Part shown: piece after piece, positions 35,729 through 44,413 of the stretch
Layout: the number at the start of each line of letters is the position of its first letter
Position numbering within the stretch: position 1 is the first letter of the stretch
Virus record (IMG/VR): IMGVR_UViG_3300021400_000134
Length of the DNA: 64,000 nt
Direction: 5' to 3' (one strand)
DNA from: a virus
Lineage: Duplodnaviria > Caudoviricetes
Notes under the pieces: model-generated
Databases searched by the model: none
What the model was told of the DNA's origin: nothing
What the model saw: only the letters and a program-made list of their open reading frames with translations
Program-made: the position numbers and the translations under genes

Positions 35729-36006
35729 AGGGGTATGGTGTAATTGGGAACACTACGGTCTTCAACCGGGAGATGTTAATCCTTAAATTGGTGCGTTGCG
35801 GTAGGGATGCCGCAAATGAAGGTGATGATATCGGTGAACCCTAAACGAAAGCATGGGAATACCGAGGGAACGAAAGGCCCGTAGAGACTAGATAATCACC
35901 CGGCTAGAACAGTCGAAGATATAGTCCAGACTACAAACAGAAATGGTGGCGAAAGTCATAGTAGTACGCAACACCGTCTATTCAGGTTCGAACCCTGATA
36001 CCCCTG
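35729..36006 (+). tRNA. trnW: tRNA-Trp(UCA), UGA-decoding; exons 35729-35762 and 35969-36006
   Basis: Acceptor AGGGGTA/TACCCCT, discriminator G, D-stem GTGT/ACAC, spliced anticodon arm ACGGT-CTTCAAC-ACCGT, 4-nt variable loop, T-arm TCAGG-TTCGAAC-CCTGA; no encoded CCA. Confidence 0.92.
35763..35968 (+). ncRNA. Group I self-splicing intron (206 nt, ORF-less, IC3-like) inserted after U34 of the anticodon
   Basis: 5' exon ends in U, intron ends in G. P1 GTCTT/GAGAT with U-G at splice site, P3 GGTGAT/ATCACC, P4 TCGGT/ACCGA, P7 GACTA/TAGTC, conserved GTAGAGACTA and AAGATATAGTCC elements, GNRA-capped hairpins. Confidence 0.9.
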
Positions 36007-36031
36007 CTTAAGCAAAATAAGGAGTGTACAA

Positions 36032-36424
36032 ATGTTTAATCTAGAAGATATGTCAATAGATGAATTAGCAAATTTGCAAAATCAATGTTCTAGTATTTTA
36101 AGTCAAAAAATAAAAGAAGAAAAAGATAATGAATTACATAGTATTAAAGAAAAATATGAAGGTAAGTATATTATTTTACATGGCACCCTTTATCATATAA
36201 AAGAAATTAATAACCGTTATAATTATGATTGCTCAAAAGCAGAATGTTCACATTCTCATTGGAGAGGTACTGATACGTATCTTATAAAAATTGGCGAAGG
36301 TGCCGATTTGTTAAAGATTGATACAGAAGGTAATTATCCAATAGAACAAGGTGTCCTTACAACTGCGGAAGAAGCAGAAGATTTTTTAAACGAAATGTTT
36401 AAAGAAATTAAGGAAAAATTCTAG
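36032..36424 (+). CDS. Hypothetical protein
   Basis: RBS AAGGAG, intact ORF. Confidence 0.7.
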   Translation: MFNLEDMSIDELANLQNQCSSILSQKIKEEKDNELHSIKEKYEGKYIILHGTLYHIKEINNRYNYDCSKAECSHSHWRGTDTYLIKIGEGADLLKIDTEGNYPIEQGVLTTAEEAEDFLNEMFKEIKEKF

Positions 36425-36432
36425 GAGGGATT

Positions 36433-36846
36433 ATGACAGCACAAATGTTACAAGAAATTTTCTTTACTGTGTTAATTCCATTAGTTGGTATCTTGTGTAC
36501 TTATGGAATTGCATTTTTAAGAAAAAAGACACATGAGATTCAGGTACAGGTAAATAGTGAACTATTCACTAAATATTCAGAAATGCTAATTGGATTAGTT
36601 GAAACTTGTGTTATTGCTACAAATCAAACTTATGTTGATGAATTAAAAGCACAGGGCAGATTTGGTCCAGAAGAGCATGATATTGCATATCATAAAACAT
36701 TCGATGCGGTAAAGGCATTAATGACAGAAGAAATGCAAAAAGTTCTTGGAGAAGTTTATAAAGATATTGATTTCTATATCTCACAGCTTATTCAGGAACA
36801 GGTTAATACGGCTAAACTTGTAAAGGTCGCAAGTCAAAATGGGTAA
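36433..36846 (+). CDS. Holin-like protein (LL-H type)
   Basis: Single N-terminal TM segment, VETCVIATNQTYVDELK, basic stretch after TM. Confidence 0.6.
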   Translation: MTAQMLQEIFFTVLIPLVGILCTYGIAFLRKKTHEIQVQVNSELFTKYSEMLIGLVETCVIATNQTYVDELKAQGRFGPEEHDIAYHKTFDAVKALMTEEMQKVLGEVYKDIDFYISQLIQEQVNTAKLVKVASQNG

Positions 36847-36864
36847 AAAAAATAAGGAGAATGA

Positions 36865-37467
36865 TTAATTTTCATTCTCCTTATTTTTTTTGTTTTCATG
36901 TGCTCGCATATCTTTTGAGGTAACATGTAGTTCGAAATCTTCGAAATCATCTTCAAGGTCATTATTAATAGGCAAAGCTAATGTTTTATTATAATATAAA
37001 TCACCTTGGCTATTACCACCTAATGCATTATAAATTTTGTGTAGTTCTGAAAGTTGATCAAACTGATTCTGTGTCATAGAACCTTGGCTTAAATACTTTT
37101 TGCAAGCGTTAATGAGCTGATATCTGTAGAACAAAAGATTTTGTTCTCTTAGAAGTAAGAAATCTTTTTCAACATTTCCCAAATGCTCAACCGCCTCTCA
37201 ATATTTCTTTTGCCAATAGTCGAAAGTAGATTTAGCCTCTAATTGAAATTCATTCATAGAAACAGTAATTTCTTTTCTAAAGGCATCACTGGATTCTTTG
37301 ATAATACTTTCCATGGTATCTCTCAATTTCTGTTCGTCGTAGCTCTTAGCCTTTTCAGTAGTTTGCTCACCTTTCTTTACAAGGGAATCTCATAAATATT
37401 TGATAAGAAAACCACCAACAGCGACCAGTATATAACTCAATAGTGCATCCGCGCTTATTGTCATCAT
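36865..37467 (-). CDS. Membrane-anchored, possibly lysis-related protein (200 aa, 2 TGA=Trp)
   Basis: RBS AGGAGG; MMTISADALLSYILVAVGGFLIKYL-W; TGA at 37390-37392 and 37198-37200; C-terminal IYNALGGNS motif. Confidence 0.7.
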
Positions 37468-37489
37468 AATTCATCCCCCTCCTGTTGTC

Positions 37490-37533
37490 TTATAAATTAA
37501 AAAAGGTATTAGATACCTTTTTTTAATTTGACC
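37490..37533 (-). promoter_or_regulatory. Putative phage-specific promoter motif, copy 6 (coincides with an inverted repeat)
   Basis: GGTCAA-ATTAAA-AAAA-18nt-TAATTTATA on - strand. Confidence 0.5.
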
Positions 37534-38032
37534 AATCAAAGCCTTCTTCTTTTACAATTGCGGAACTACCCTTGCCGCACACATGAGTCCCGATGCATAT
37601 AGCATCGCATTCATCTTGTGTCGCTTTAACATTATATGTATTGATAACAAATTGTTGAGCATTTCGCTTTTGGTCGGGTCGGCTACGACCCCTAATTTTT
37701 AATGTTGATTTCCAAGTTGAAGAAGGCACTATGACAAAATTTTTATTAAGCTCTACAGCAGTCTCAAGAACTACACCAAATACATTTGCTAATATTTTAA
37801 AGGTTTTCACATTGTTTCCAACTGAAGATTGCAGTTGTATATCTTCAAAGGCAATTGTATCTATTTCTCACTCTTGGACTTTTGCGATAATAAAGTTTCT
37901 AATTTCTACTAATCTTTCGCCAACTTCTTCTTGATTAGTAGTTAAATGACCTCATTGTTTTAATTCCCCGTTTATAAAGACCGCTCATCCTGATACGCGA
38001 CTGGCCTGGTCTAATGCCAATATATTACTCAT
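37523..38032 (-). CDS. RuvC-like Holliday junction resolvase (169 aa, 3 TGA=Trp)
   Basis: ILALDQASRVSG-W-AV, IAFED, PSSTWK, DECDAICIG; TGA at 37985, 37952, 37868. Confidence 0.85.
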
Positions 38033-38333
38033 CTATTAAACCTAATAGACCTTCGTCATACAAGAACTCTTCAAAATCATCCCAGAGTTCTAACCTATCT
38101 TTAAACCCATCAGGGCAACAATAATTATCAAGGTATTCGGCGATTGTTCCAAAATTACCATCATCACCTAAACGATATTTCATCATTATATTGGTTAGTG
38201 CGTTTTGCGCATAAATATAACCCTGGTCTTGTTCTGTTAGAATACCATGACCCCAGTCTTTAGTTTTCAGACGTTGAACCAAAGCCGCCTGTGCGGGCGT
38301 TAGTTGCTGCGTCTCCTTCGACTTTTTCATATT
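38025..38333 (-). CDS. Hypothetical protein (start uncertain, overlaps dUTPase)
   Basis: ORF fills the gap between dut and the resolvase. Confidence 0.5.
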   Translation of the reverse strand, partial: NMKKSKETQQLTPAQAALVQRLKTKDWGHGILTEQDQGYIYAQNALTNIMMKYRLGDDGNFGTIAEYLDNYCCPDGFKDRLELWDDFEEFLYDEGLLGLIDE

Positions 38334-38805
38334 TCTTAATAATGCCCTGGCCAATTTTATCGCCAGCCTCAATTACAATGTCTACTGGTGAGAGATTAAT
38401 AACTTGGAAGAAAATCTCACCTTCATTATCAGGATTGTTGTAATAATCCCCATCAATAATACCAACACCATTAGCAAGAATAATCCAATCATTTAATGGC
38501 GTTGAACTACGAACAGAAATCTCAAGATAACAACCTTCATCCAACTGACATTTAATGCCTGTTGGAATTAGAGTAGGCTGTAGTTTAGTTGTTTTTACAA
38601 TATTCTTAAGTTCACTAAGCGGATAGGGAATTTTTGGGGCTACATAATCAGAAAGGGCCTCCATAATATTTTTATATGCGGGGACTACAATGGTCTTAGC
38701 TGCGGCGAAATCATATCCAGCACTATGTGCTGTAGCACGAACTGGAAGATTTACCGCACACTTATCACCATCAATATAAGAACTTACTACTTCAAACTTG
38801 CTCAT
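38260..38805 (-). CDS. dut: Trimeric dUTPase
   Basis: SAGYDF, VRSS, GIIDGDY, GQGI, RTGGFGST motifs. Confidence 0.93.
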   Translation of the reverse strand: MSKFEVVSSYIDGDKCAVNLPVRATAHSAGYDFAAAKTIVVPAYKNIMEALSDYVAPKIPYPLSELKNIVKTTKLQPTLIPTGIKCQLDEGCYLEISVRSSTPLNDWIILANGVGIIDGDYYNNPDNEGEIFFQVINLSPVDIVIEAGDKIGQGIIKKYEKVEGDAATNARTGGFGSTSEN

Positions 38806-38815
38806 TTAATTCTCC

Positions 38816-39070
38816 TTAAATATCATAATCTACATCATATTCAACTTTAATATGCTGACTTGGTTCTTTAATATTGTTAAAGTTCTTTGTAAGGATAACC
38901 TTGAAATAAGAATCAACAATTTCACCCTTACTTGTTCTTTCTTTGTATTCAGAACTATATTTGCCAAGTTCAAACATTGAGGAGCTCTTGGCTTCTTCAA
39001 TCAATTTTTTGGCTTCATCATCTGTGTCAACGCGATATGTTTCTACTGTGCTTACTAAAAACTTACTCAT
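38816..39070 (-). CDS. Hypothetical protein
   Basis: GAGG RBS, coupled ORF. Confidence 0.7.
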   Translation of the reverse strand: MSKFLVSTVETYRVDTDDEAKKLIEEAKSSSMFELGKYSSEYKERTSKGEIVDSYFKVILTKNFNNIKEPSQHIKVEYDVDYDI

Positions 39071-39327
39071 TAAATATTTACCTCAATCTTTCTATTATAT
39101 CTTGCTACACTTTCTTTTTCAATTCTGTTTTTTAGTGGAAGCGTATATTGTCTAAGACCACCTAATTTTACCTGGCCTACATTATATTTATCACAGCAGG
39201 TTGTAATAAAATGGTCTAAATTGTCATAAGTTGATTTACCTAAAATTTGATTTGTACCATCATCTTTCATTAGATAAACTGTCTGTTCATAGTCAAAAAT
39301 ATTTACACCACAAGTAATTATTGACAT
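39070..39327 (-). CDS. Hypothetical protein
   Basis: GGAGGAG RBS, coupled ORF. Confidence 0.7.
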   Translation of the reverse strand: MSIITCGVNIFDYEQTVYLMKDDGTNQILGKSTYDNLDHFITTCCDKYNVGQVKLGGLRQYTLPLKNRIEKESVARYNRKIEVNI

Positions 39328-39827
39328 TTTATCACTCCTCCATCATAATTAAATAAATAATAAACATAAGAATTATTGTCTTCTGTAATCCAGAATTCAA
39401 TACCGCCATCTACTTTTGAAATATCTTGAATTTCGCCTTGACTTTCTAAGCATTCAATTACTTCATCTTCAATAGCGGGGTATTCAAAATCCGTCCCAGT
39501 AGCATGACCTATGCTAAACAAAGTATAATATTTACGTTCATTACTTAATAACATAAAATAATGGGCATGCGGAAAATCATCAACATAATCACTAATTGTT
39601 TGTTTAGCGGCTTCGATAGCGTCGGTCGGCATGGCTGGAACCGCAGCCATCGCACTTTGATTAAGTTCATATAGAGAAACATTTACTCCTGTTGGATTTT
39701 TATAAACATTCCAATTTTCACCATCCCACTTATACAAGGTTCTTGTTTCTTCAACCAGGGCTAATTCATCTATTTTATTATTCGTCTTTAACTTCATTAA
39801 AGTCTTTAAGTCTTTTATTTTTAGCAT
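39318..39827 (-). CDS. Hypothetical protein
   Basis: Intact ORF behind a sigmaA promoter. Confidence 0.75.
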   Translation of the reverse strand: MLKIKDLKTLMKLKTNNKIDELALVEETRTLYKWDGENWNVYKNPTGVNVSLYELNQSAMAAVPAMPTDAIEAAKQTISDYVDDFPHAHYFMLLSNERKYYTLFSIGHATGTDFEYPAIEDEVIECLESQGEIQDISKVDGGIEFWITEDNNSYVYYLFNYDGGVIKCQ

Positions 39828-39844
39828 AATTACCTCATATAATT

Positions 39845-39873
39845 ATTATATCATAAAAATAAAAAAATTGCAA
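39845..39873 (-). promoter_or_regulatory. SigmaA-type extended -10 promoter
   Basis: TTGCAA-17nt-TATAAT with TG. Confidence 0.65.
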
Positions 39874-39881
39874 GGAATATA

Positions 39882-40028
39882 TTATAATATTCCTTGCAAA
39901 AAATTTGTAATCCAATAGAGCATTACAATGAACCAATAAACTGCCAAGACTTCATTTTCTTCTCCGTGCTGATAAACACAAAGGCACAAAGAGAAAATTG
40001 CTAAAATAATTTTAAGAATATCTACCAT
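39882..40028 (-). CDS. Small two-TM membrane protein (48 aa)
   Basis: MVDILKIILAIFSLCLCVYQHGEENEVLAVYWFIVMLYWITNFLQGIL; no clear RBS. Confidence 0.45.
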   Translation of the reverse strand: MVDILKIILAIFSLCLCVYQHGEENEVLAVYWFIVMLYWITNFLQGIL

Positions 40029-40049
40029 AATTTTTATTATACCAAAAAA

Positions 40050-40289
40050 TTAATTTATTGTAAAGACAATATCGCTATCAATATGTGCATTGCGATATTT
40101 TCAAACAATCTCATATGACTCAGCATATGGGCCTTCAATTCAAACTACTCTTAAATCCCTTTCGTTGTATAACCAAAAAAGAGTATTGGGAACATCTTTT
40201 AAATATACCCAATACTCTTCTCCATCATTATCACGTCTGATTAACTGTTTTTCACGAAAGGGGTCTATGGAGCATGTTCATATGTCCAT
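40050..40289 (-). CDS. Hypothetical protein (79 aa, 3 TGA=Trp); absent from ORF track
   Basis: RBS GGGAGG; MDI-W-TCSIDPFREK...RVV-W-IEGP...EIV-W-KYR; fills the gap after nrdG. Confidence 0.65.
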
Positions 40290-40303
40290 AATTAATCCTC
40301 CCC

Positions 40304-40789
40304 TTAGAAATCTTTTCCTCTATATAGAATGCGCTGATTGCGGCTTCCGCGCAATGGAAGCGTTATATCTCGCTGCTCTGCGATATAAGGGCCGTCAATA
40401 AGAACATCAATCAATTCCAATGTTCCTTCAACAACAAACTTATATGCACTGTTTTCTAAATTTTCTAAAACATATCCAGTCCAAACAAATGTTTTTATTT
40501 GAGGGAAAGTTTCTTTTACATGTTCTAATATTTTTCTTGTTAAAAAGATATTTTCTATACAAAGTGGTTCACCACCTAAAATTGAAAAATTTCTTTGTAT
40601 GCCGTTTGCGGCAATTGCACTATCAATCTGTTCTAAATAGTCTTTTGGAAGTTCTTGACCTCCATCAAAATCCCAGGTCTCTGGATTATGACAACCGGGG
40701 CATCTATGCGGACAACCCTGGGTCCAAAATGAAACGCAGACGCCATTTCCATCAGTGAAATCATTCTTAATTAAACCAGCATAGCGCAT
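40304..40789 (-). CDS. nrdG: Anaerobic ribonucleotide reductase activase
   Basis: GCPHRCPGCHNPETWDF, GGEP, RGSRNQR. Confidence 0.95.
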   Translation of the reverse strand: MRYAGLIKNDFTDGNGVCVSFWTQGCPHRCPGCHNPETWDFDGGQELPKDYLEQIDSAIAANGIQRNFSILGGEPLCIENIFLTRKILEHVKETFPQIKTFVWTGYVLENLENSAYKFVVEGTLELIDVLIDGPYIAEQRDITLPLRGSRNQRILYRGKDF

Positions 40790-40791
40790 TA

Positions 40792-41466
40792 TTAATAGTA
40801 CCTCCAAAAAAATCCATGAGTTGATTTTAATTTTCCTTTACAGACTTTAATAATTGTAGAACTATCTGCTCCCGTTTCCCTACTCGCTTCTGCCGCACTT
40901 TTAAAGATATTAATAACTAACCCTGTTGTTTTATCTATTTGGGCTATTTTAATACCTCCTCCTTGATTGGAATCATAAGGCAGAATAGGAGTTGAATCAT
41001 CATGATATTTAATTTGATATCCTTGAAAAGATTTTCTATAACCTTGAAGTACTTGATAGGCCTGCTCTCTTGTAGCGTGCAAATCTTCAGCCATTTCGGT
41101 TACACTAGGATAGCTCTTTACAAAATTACCACTAAAATCAAAACAATCAACTTGACGACCTAAGTATTCACGTCTTCCGCCACCAGTGCTGGCATTATAT
41201 CCTTTTTTATAAGATTCAAGCTTGTTAATCCAATATATTTCTCGTTCATTAAGAAGTTCTTTAGGGCATTCTTCTATTACGGTATACTCAAAATTATCTA
41301 TCCCATATTTAGCCATCGCTAAATGTATTGGCATTTTAAAATCTTTGCTTTCTGGGTGCATAGCTGAAAACTTATGTCCACGAAATCTAGCCTTTATGTC
41401 TTTGCTTTGTCCTATATAAATTTTATTATTTTTAAGATTTTTTATTTGATAAATACCGCATATCAT
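40792..41466 (-). mobile_element. GIY-YIG homing endonuclease with NUMOD1 repeats between nrdD and nrdG (TGG only)
   Basis: CGIYQIKNLKNNKIYIGQS...EREIYWI...GYN; FKSAAEASRETG...VCKGKLKSTHGFFW. Confidence 0.9.
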
Positions 41467-41470
41467 AAAA

Positions 41471-43753
41471 TTAACGCCTCCAATTATTAAGTTCTTTAGA
41501 GTGTTTATATCTCATTTCGGTTTCTTGGATTTTACCCTTATTAAAAGCGGTTTTATAATTTCCTGTTAAATAACCAGTAACCCTTCTTAATCTTTGAATG
41601 TTATGACCCCCACACATAGGACAGGTATCATTTAATTCATCAGTATATCCGCAATCAAGACAGGTATCTACTGGAATATTCAAGGCAAAATAAGGTATAT
41701 CTTTATCCATAGCATAGTTCACGATTTGTTCTAAAGCATCAAGGTTATTTTTAACACTTGACTCTAATTCAACATATGTAATGCAACCCGCATTTGAATA
41801 TCCGGTTAATTGAGACTCAATATCAATTTTCTCGAACGGGTCCATCTGTTTCCAGACTGGAACGTGAATACTATTTGTGAAATATTCGTTTTCAGAAACA
41901 TCTCGAATTACGCCATATTTTTTCTTAAATGCTTTCATGGCAGTATGACATAGATTTTCCGCAGGTGTGTAGTAAACACCAAAGTTTAAGTGTTCTTCTT
42001 GCTTGAACTGAGCGCAGCGGTCTTTGTATAACTGTTCAATGCGTTTTGCCAATTCCATACCTTTTGGTTCTGTGTGATCACAACCAATAAGGATTTGGAG
42101 AGTTTCTGCCATACCAAGTTGACCAATTACAAGAGTTCCATGCTTTAATGCACTTCTAACGCCTTCTTCTGGCTTATATCCAAGCATTGTACCATTCTCA
42201 TACATAAACTGGGCAGATGCAGGAGACTGAGAGCACATCCATTCATAACGCTCTAAAAGCATGTCTCTTGCTTCATGAAGTTTAGTATCTAATAAATCCA
42301 TGAACTCTTCAACAACATCATATTCAGATTCTTCACTGTTGGAAAGTTTAGCGAATGTTTCAACCTTTTCTTTTGCTTCCATTGCTAAGAAAGGAAGTAG
42401 AATTGTAACTGGTGCTAAATTACCACGACCATCTTTTGTTTGCGGATTTGTGCCAGGTTCAGCATTGATATCACTACCATTATAAGTGCGGCATCCCATC
42501 GTGCTAACATATGTATTTGGGTCATTGCGGTCATATCCCGCATTTGTGCTCCAATCTACATTAACATAGTTTGGATATAATCTTTGTGCGGTTGATTTTA
42601 ATGCTAACTTAAACAAATCATAGTTAGGGTCACCAGGAGCACGATTAACACCTTTCATGCACTGGAAAATTCCACAGGGGAAAATAGATGTTTTATGCAA
42701 TTTACCAAGGCCTTCAATAGAAACATTTAAAATTTCTTCTGTAATCATTCTTCCTTCTGGAAGTGTACATGTACCATAATTAATTGAGGTAAAAGGCAAC
42801 TGGTTTCCAGAACGAGATTGAAGAGTATTCAAGTTATGATACATGCCTTCAACCGCTTGATGAATTTCTTTTTTAGTCATTTCTAACGCATAATTATATA
42901 CTTTTTCACCATACATTTTTGCCGAAATACTATCAATTGGAAAATTTGCTTTTTTATCTAATTCAAAAGATTTAAATTTTTCAGAATCAAAATTTTCTAT
43001 ATATTTAAGGCCATCCTCAAGGTGTTTCCAAAAGGACTTTCTTACATATGGTACCATAGTCCAGTCAATATGACTTGCGCTAACACCACCAAACTGCTGT
43101 AAAGATTGAAGCTGGAAAATTACTGCAACAAGCTGGAATGCTGTATTTACTGAATTGGCCGGACGCACATCTGTCTGACGAGTATTAAATCCAGTAGCAA
43201 GTAATTTGTCAAAAGGGATTGTTAGACAGTTATGCATACCAACAGCATATGAGTCTAAATCATGAATATAGATATAGTGATTAAGATGATTGTTGCGAGA
43301 CATTTCTGACATACAATAATCAAGTGCGAACTTTTTAGTTAATGCTCTATTGGCTTCACCCATGCGGCCACCAAAGGAATGTTCGTCTACATTGGCGTTT
43401 TGATTTTGAACGTCACTGGCATCAAGTTTACGAGCAACCTCTTTCATAAATTGTGTGTTATGTTCTCTTACCCTTGTGCGCTCATAGCGATACTGAATGT
43501 AGGCTCTAGCAACATCTTTGCGGCGACAGCTCATTAGACCCTGCTCTACCAAATCTTGGATTTCCTCAACGGTAAGTTCATGGTCGCTTTTACTTGCCTG
43601 TGAATTAACATAAGTGGCGATATTATCTGCTTTGGCTTTTGCATATTCATCAATTTTGCCATCGACGTCTTCAAAAGCAGCTAAAACCGCATTCTCAATT
43701 TTTGTTCTGTCAAATTCAACAACAGAACCATCTCGTTTGATGATTAATAACAT
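41471..43753 (-). CDS. nrdD: Class III anaerobic ribonucleoside-triphosphate reductase with ATP cone
   Basis: IIKRDG ATP cone, MGCR, TPAE, CxxC..CxxC, RRVTGYL. Confidence 0.97.
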   Translation of the reverse strand: MLLIIKRDGSVVEFDRTKIENAVLAAFEDVDGKIDEYAKAKADNIATYVNSQASKSDHELTVEEIQDLVEQGLMSCRRKDVARAYIQYRYERTRVREHNTQFMKEVARKLDASDVQNQNANVDEHSFGGRMGEANRALTKKFALDYCMSEMSRNNHLNHYIYIHDLDSYAVGMHNCLTIPFDKLLATGFNTRQTDVRPANSVNTAFQLVAVIFQLQSLQQFGGVSASHIDWTMVPYVRKSFWKHLEDGLKYIENFDSEKFKSFELDKKANFPIDSISAKMYGEKVYNYALEMTKKEIHQAVEGMYHNLNTLQSRSGNQLPFTSINYGTCTLPEGRMITEEILNVSIEGLGKLHKTSIFPCGIFQCMKGVNRAPGDPNYDLFKLALKSTAQRLYPNYVNVDWSTNAGYDRNDPNTYVSTMGCRTYNGSDINAEPGTNPQTKDGRGNLAPVTILLPFLAMEAKEKVETFAKLSNSEESEYDVVEEFMDLLDTKLHEARDMLLERYEWMCSQSPASAQFMYENGTMLGYKPEEGVRSALKHGTLVIGQLGMAETLQILIGCDHTEPKGMELAKRIEQLYKDRCAQFKQEEHLNFGVYYTPAENLCHTAMKAFKKKYGVIRDVSENEYFTNSIHVPVWKQMDPFEKIDIESQLTGYSNAGCITYVELESSVKNNLDALEQIVNYAMDKDIPYFALNIPVDTCLDCGYTDELNDTCPMCGGHNIQRLRRVTGYLTGNYKTAFNKGKIQETEMRYKHSKELNNWRR

Positions 43754-43803
43754 TTTTGTTTCCTCCTAAGTATTTATATATGTTAAGGAGTCACAATGAC
43801 TCA

Positions 43804-43847
43804 ATTATATATAAGTTTTATAATGTGGTTTTTATTTACTTTTGGCC
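43804..43847 (-). promoter_or_regulatory. Putative phage-specific promoter motif, copy 7 (upstream of nrdD)
   Basis: GGCCAA-AAGTAA-ATAA-18nt-TATATATAAT on - strand. Confidence 0.6.
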
Positions 43848-44413
43848 TCTTCTATAATTTTAGCCAAATCTTCATAGATAAATTCGTCATCATCATATGA
43901 GTCAGTAGAATTATTTATAACGGAATAAAATGGAACCTGTTCACTGATTTTTTCAATTCTGTCTTCATTAAAGTCCTTTTCATCTGTTTTATATCTTCTG
44001 AAAATTTCTTCAATATCACTAGCATCTCTCTCTAATTGGCGAATTAGCCTAAGCGCATCATCTGTTTTTAGATAAATAATAGTTAAGTCAAGCTGCTTAT
44101 TTTTAATTAACTGTTCAATACCTCTTAGGTTAAAAACTCCAATATTAACTTTCTTAGGGTCTAAGTCACTATATCTTGTACCATATCGCCAGCCCCTAAA
44201 TACACACTGCTCAATAAAATGATTGCTTAGAAACTGACTATCTGAAAGAAAATGGTAATTAATATTGGGTCGTTCATTCCAGCGAGCTGGGCGAGTCGTA
44301 CATGAGACAATCTCATGCAACGACTCGTCGTTATCGCATATTTTTCTTAACCAAAAGTCTTTTCCAGAACCAGCTTTTCCAATTAACGCAATTATCTTAA
44401 TCTTCTTCATCAT
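43832..44413 (-). CDS. Guanylate/nucleotide kinase-like protein
   Basis: GKAGSGKD, SCTTRPAR, YHF, YGT. Confidence 0.85.
   Translation of the reverse strand: MMKKIKIIALIGKAGSGKDFWLRKICDNDESLHEIVSCTTRPARWNERPNINYHFLSDSQFLSNHFIEQCVFRGWRYGTRYSDLDPKKVNIGVFNLRGIEQLIKNKQLDLTIIYLKTDDALRLIRQLERDASDIEEIFRRYKTDEKDFNEDRIEKISEQVPFYSVINNSTDSYDDDEFIYEDLAKIIEEAKSK

Noticed and set aside
35729-36006. tRNA-Sec (also anticodon UCA) or tRNA-Gly(UCA)/code 25
   Set aside because: 7-bp acceptor, 4-nt variable loop and Trp identity elements argue against both; TGA aligns with TGG, not Cys or Gly codons
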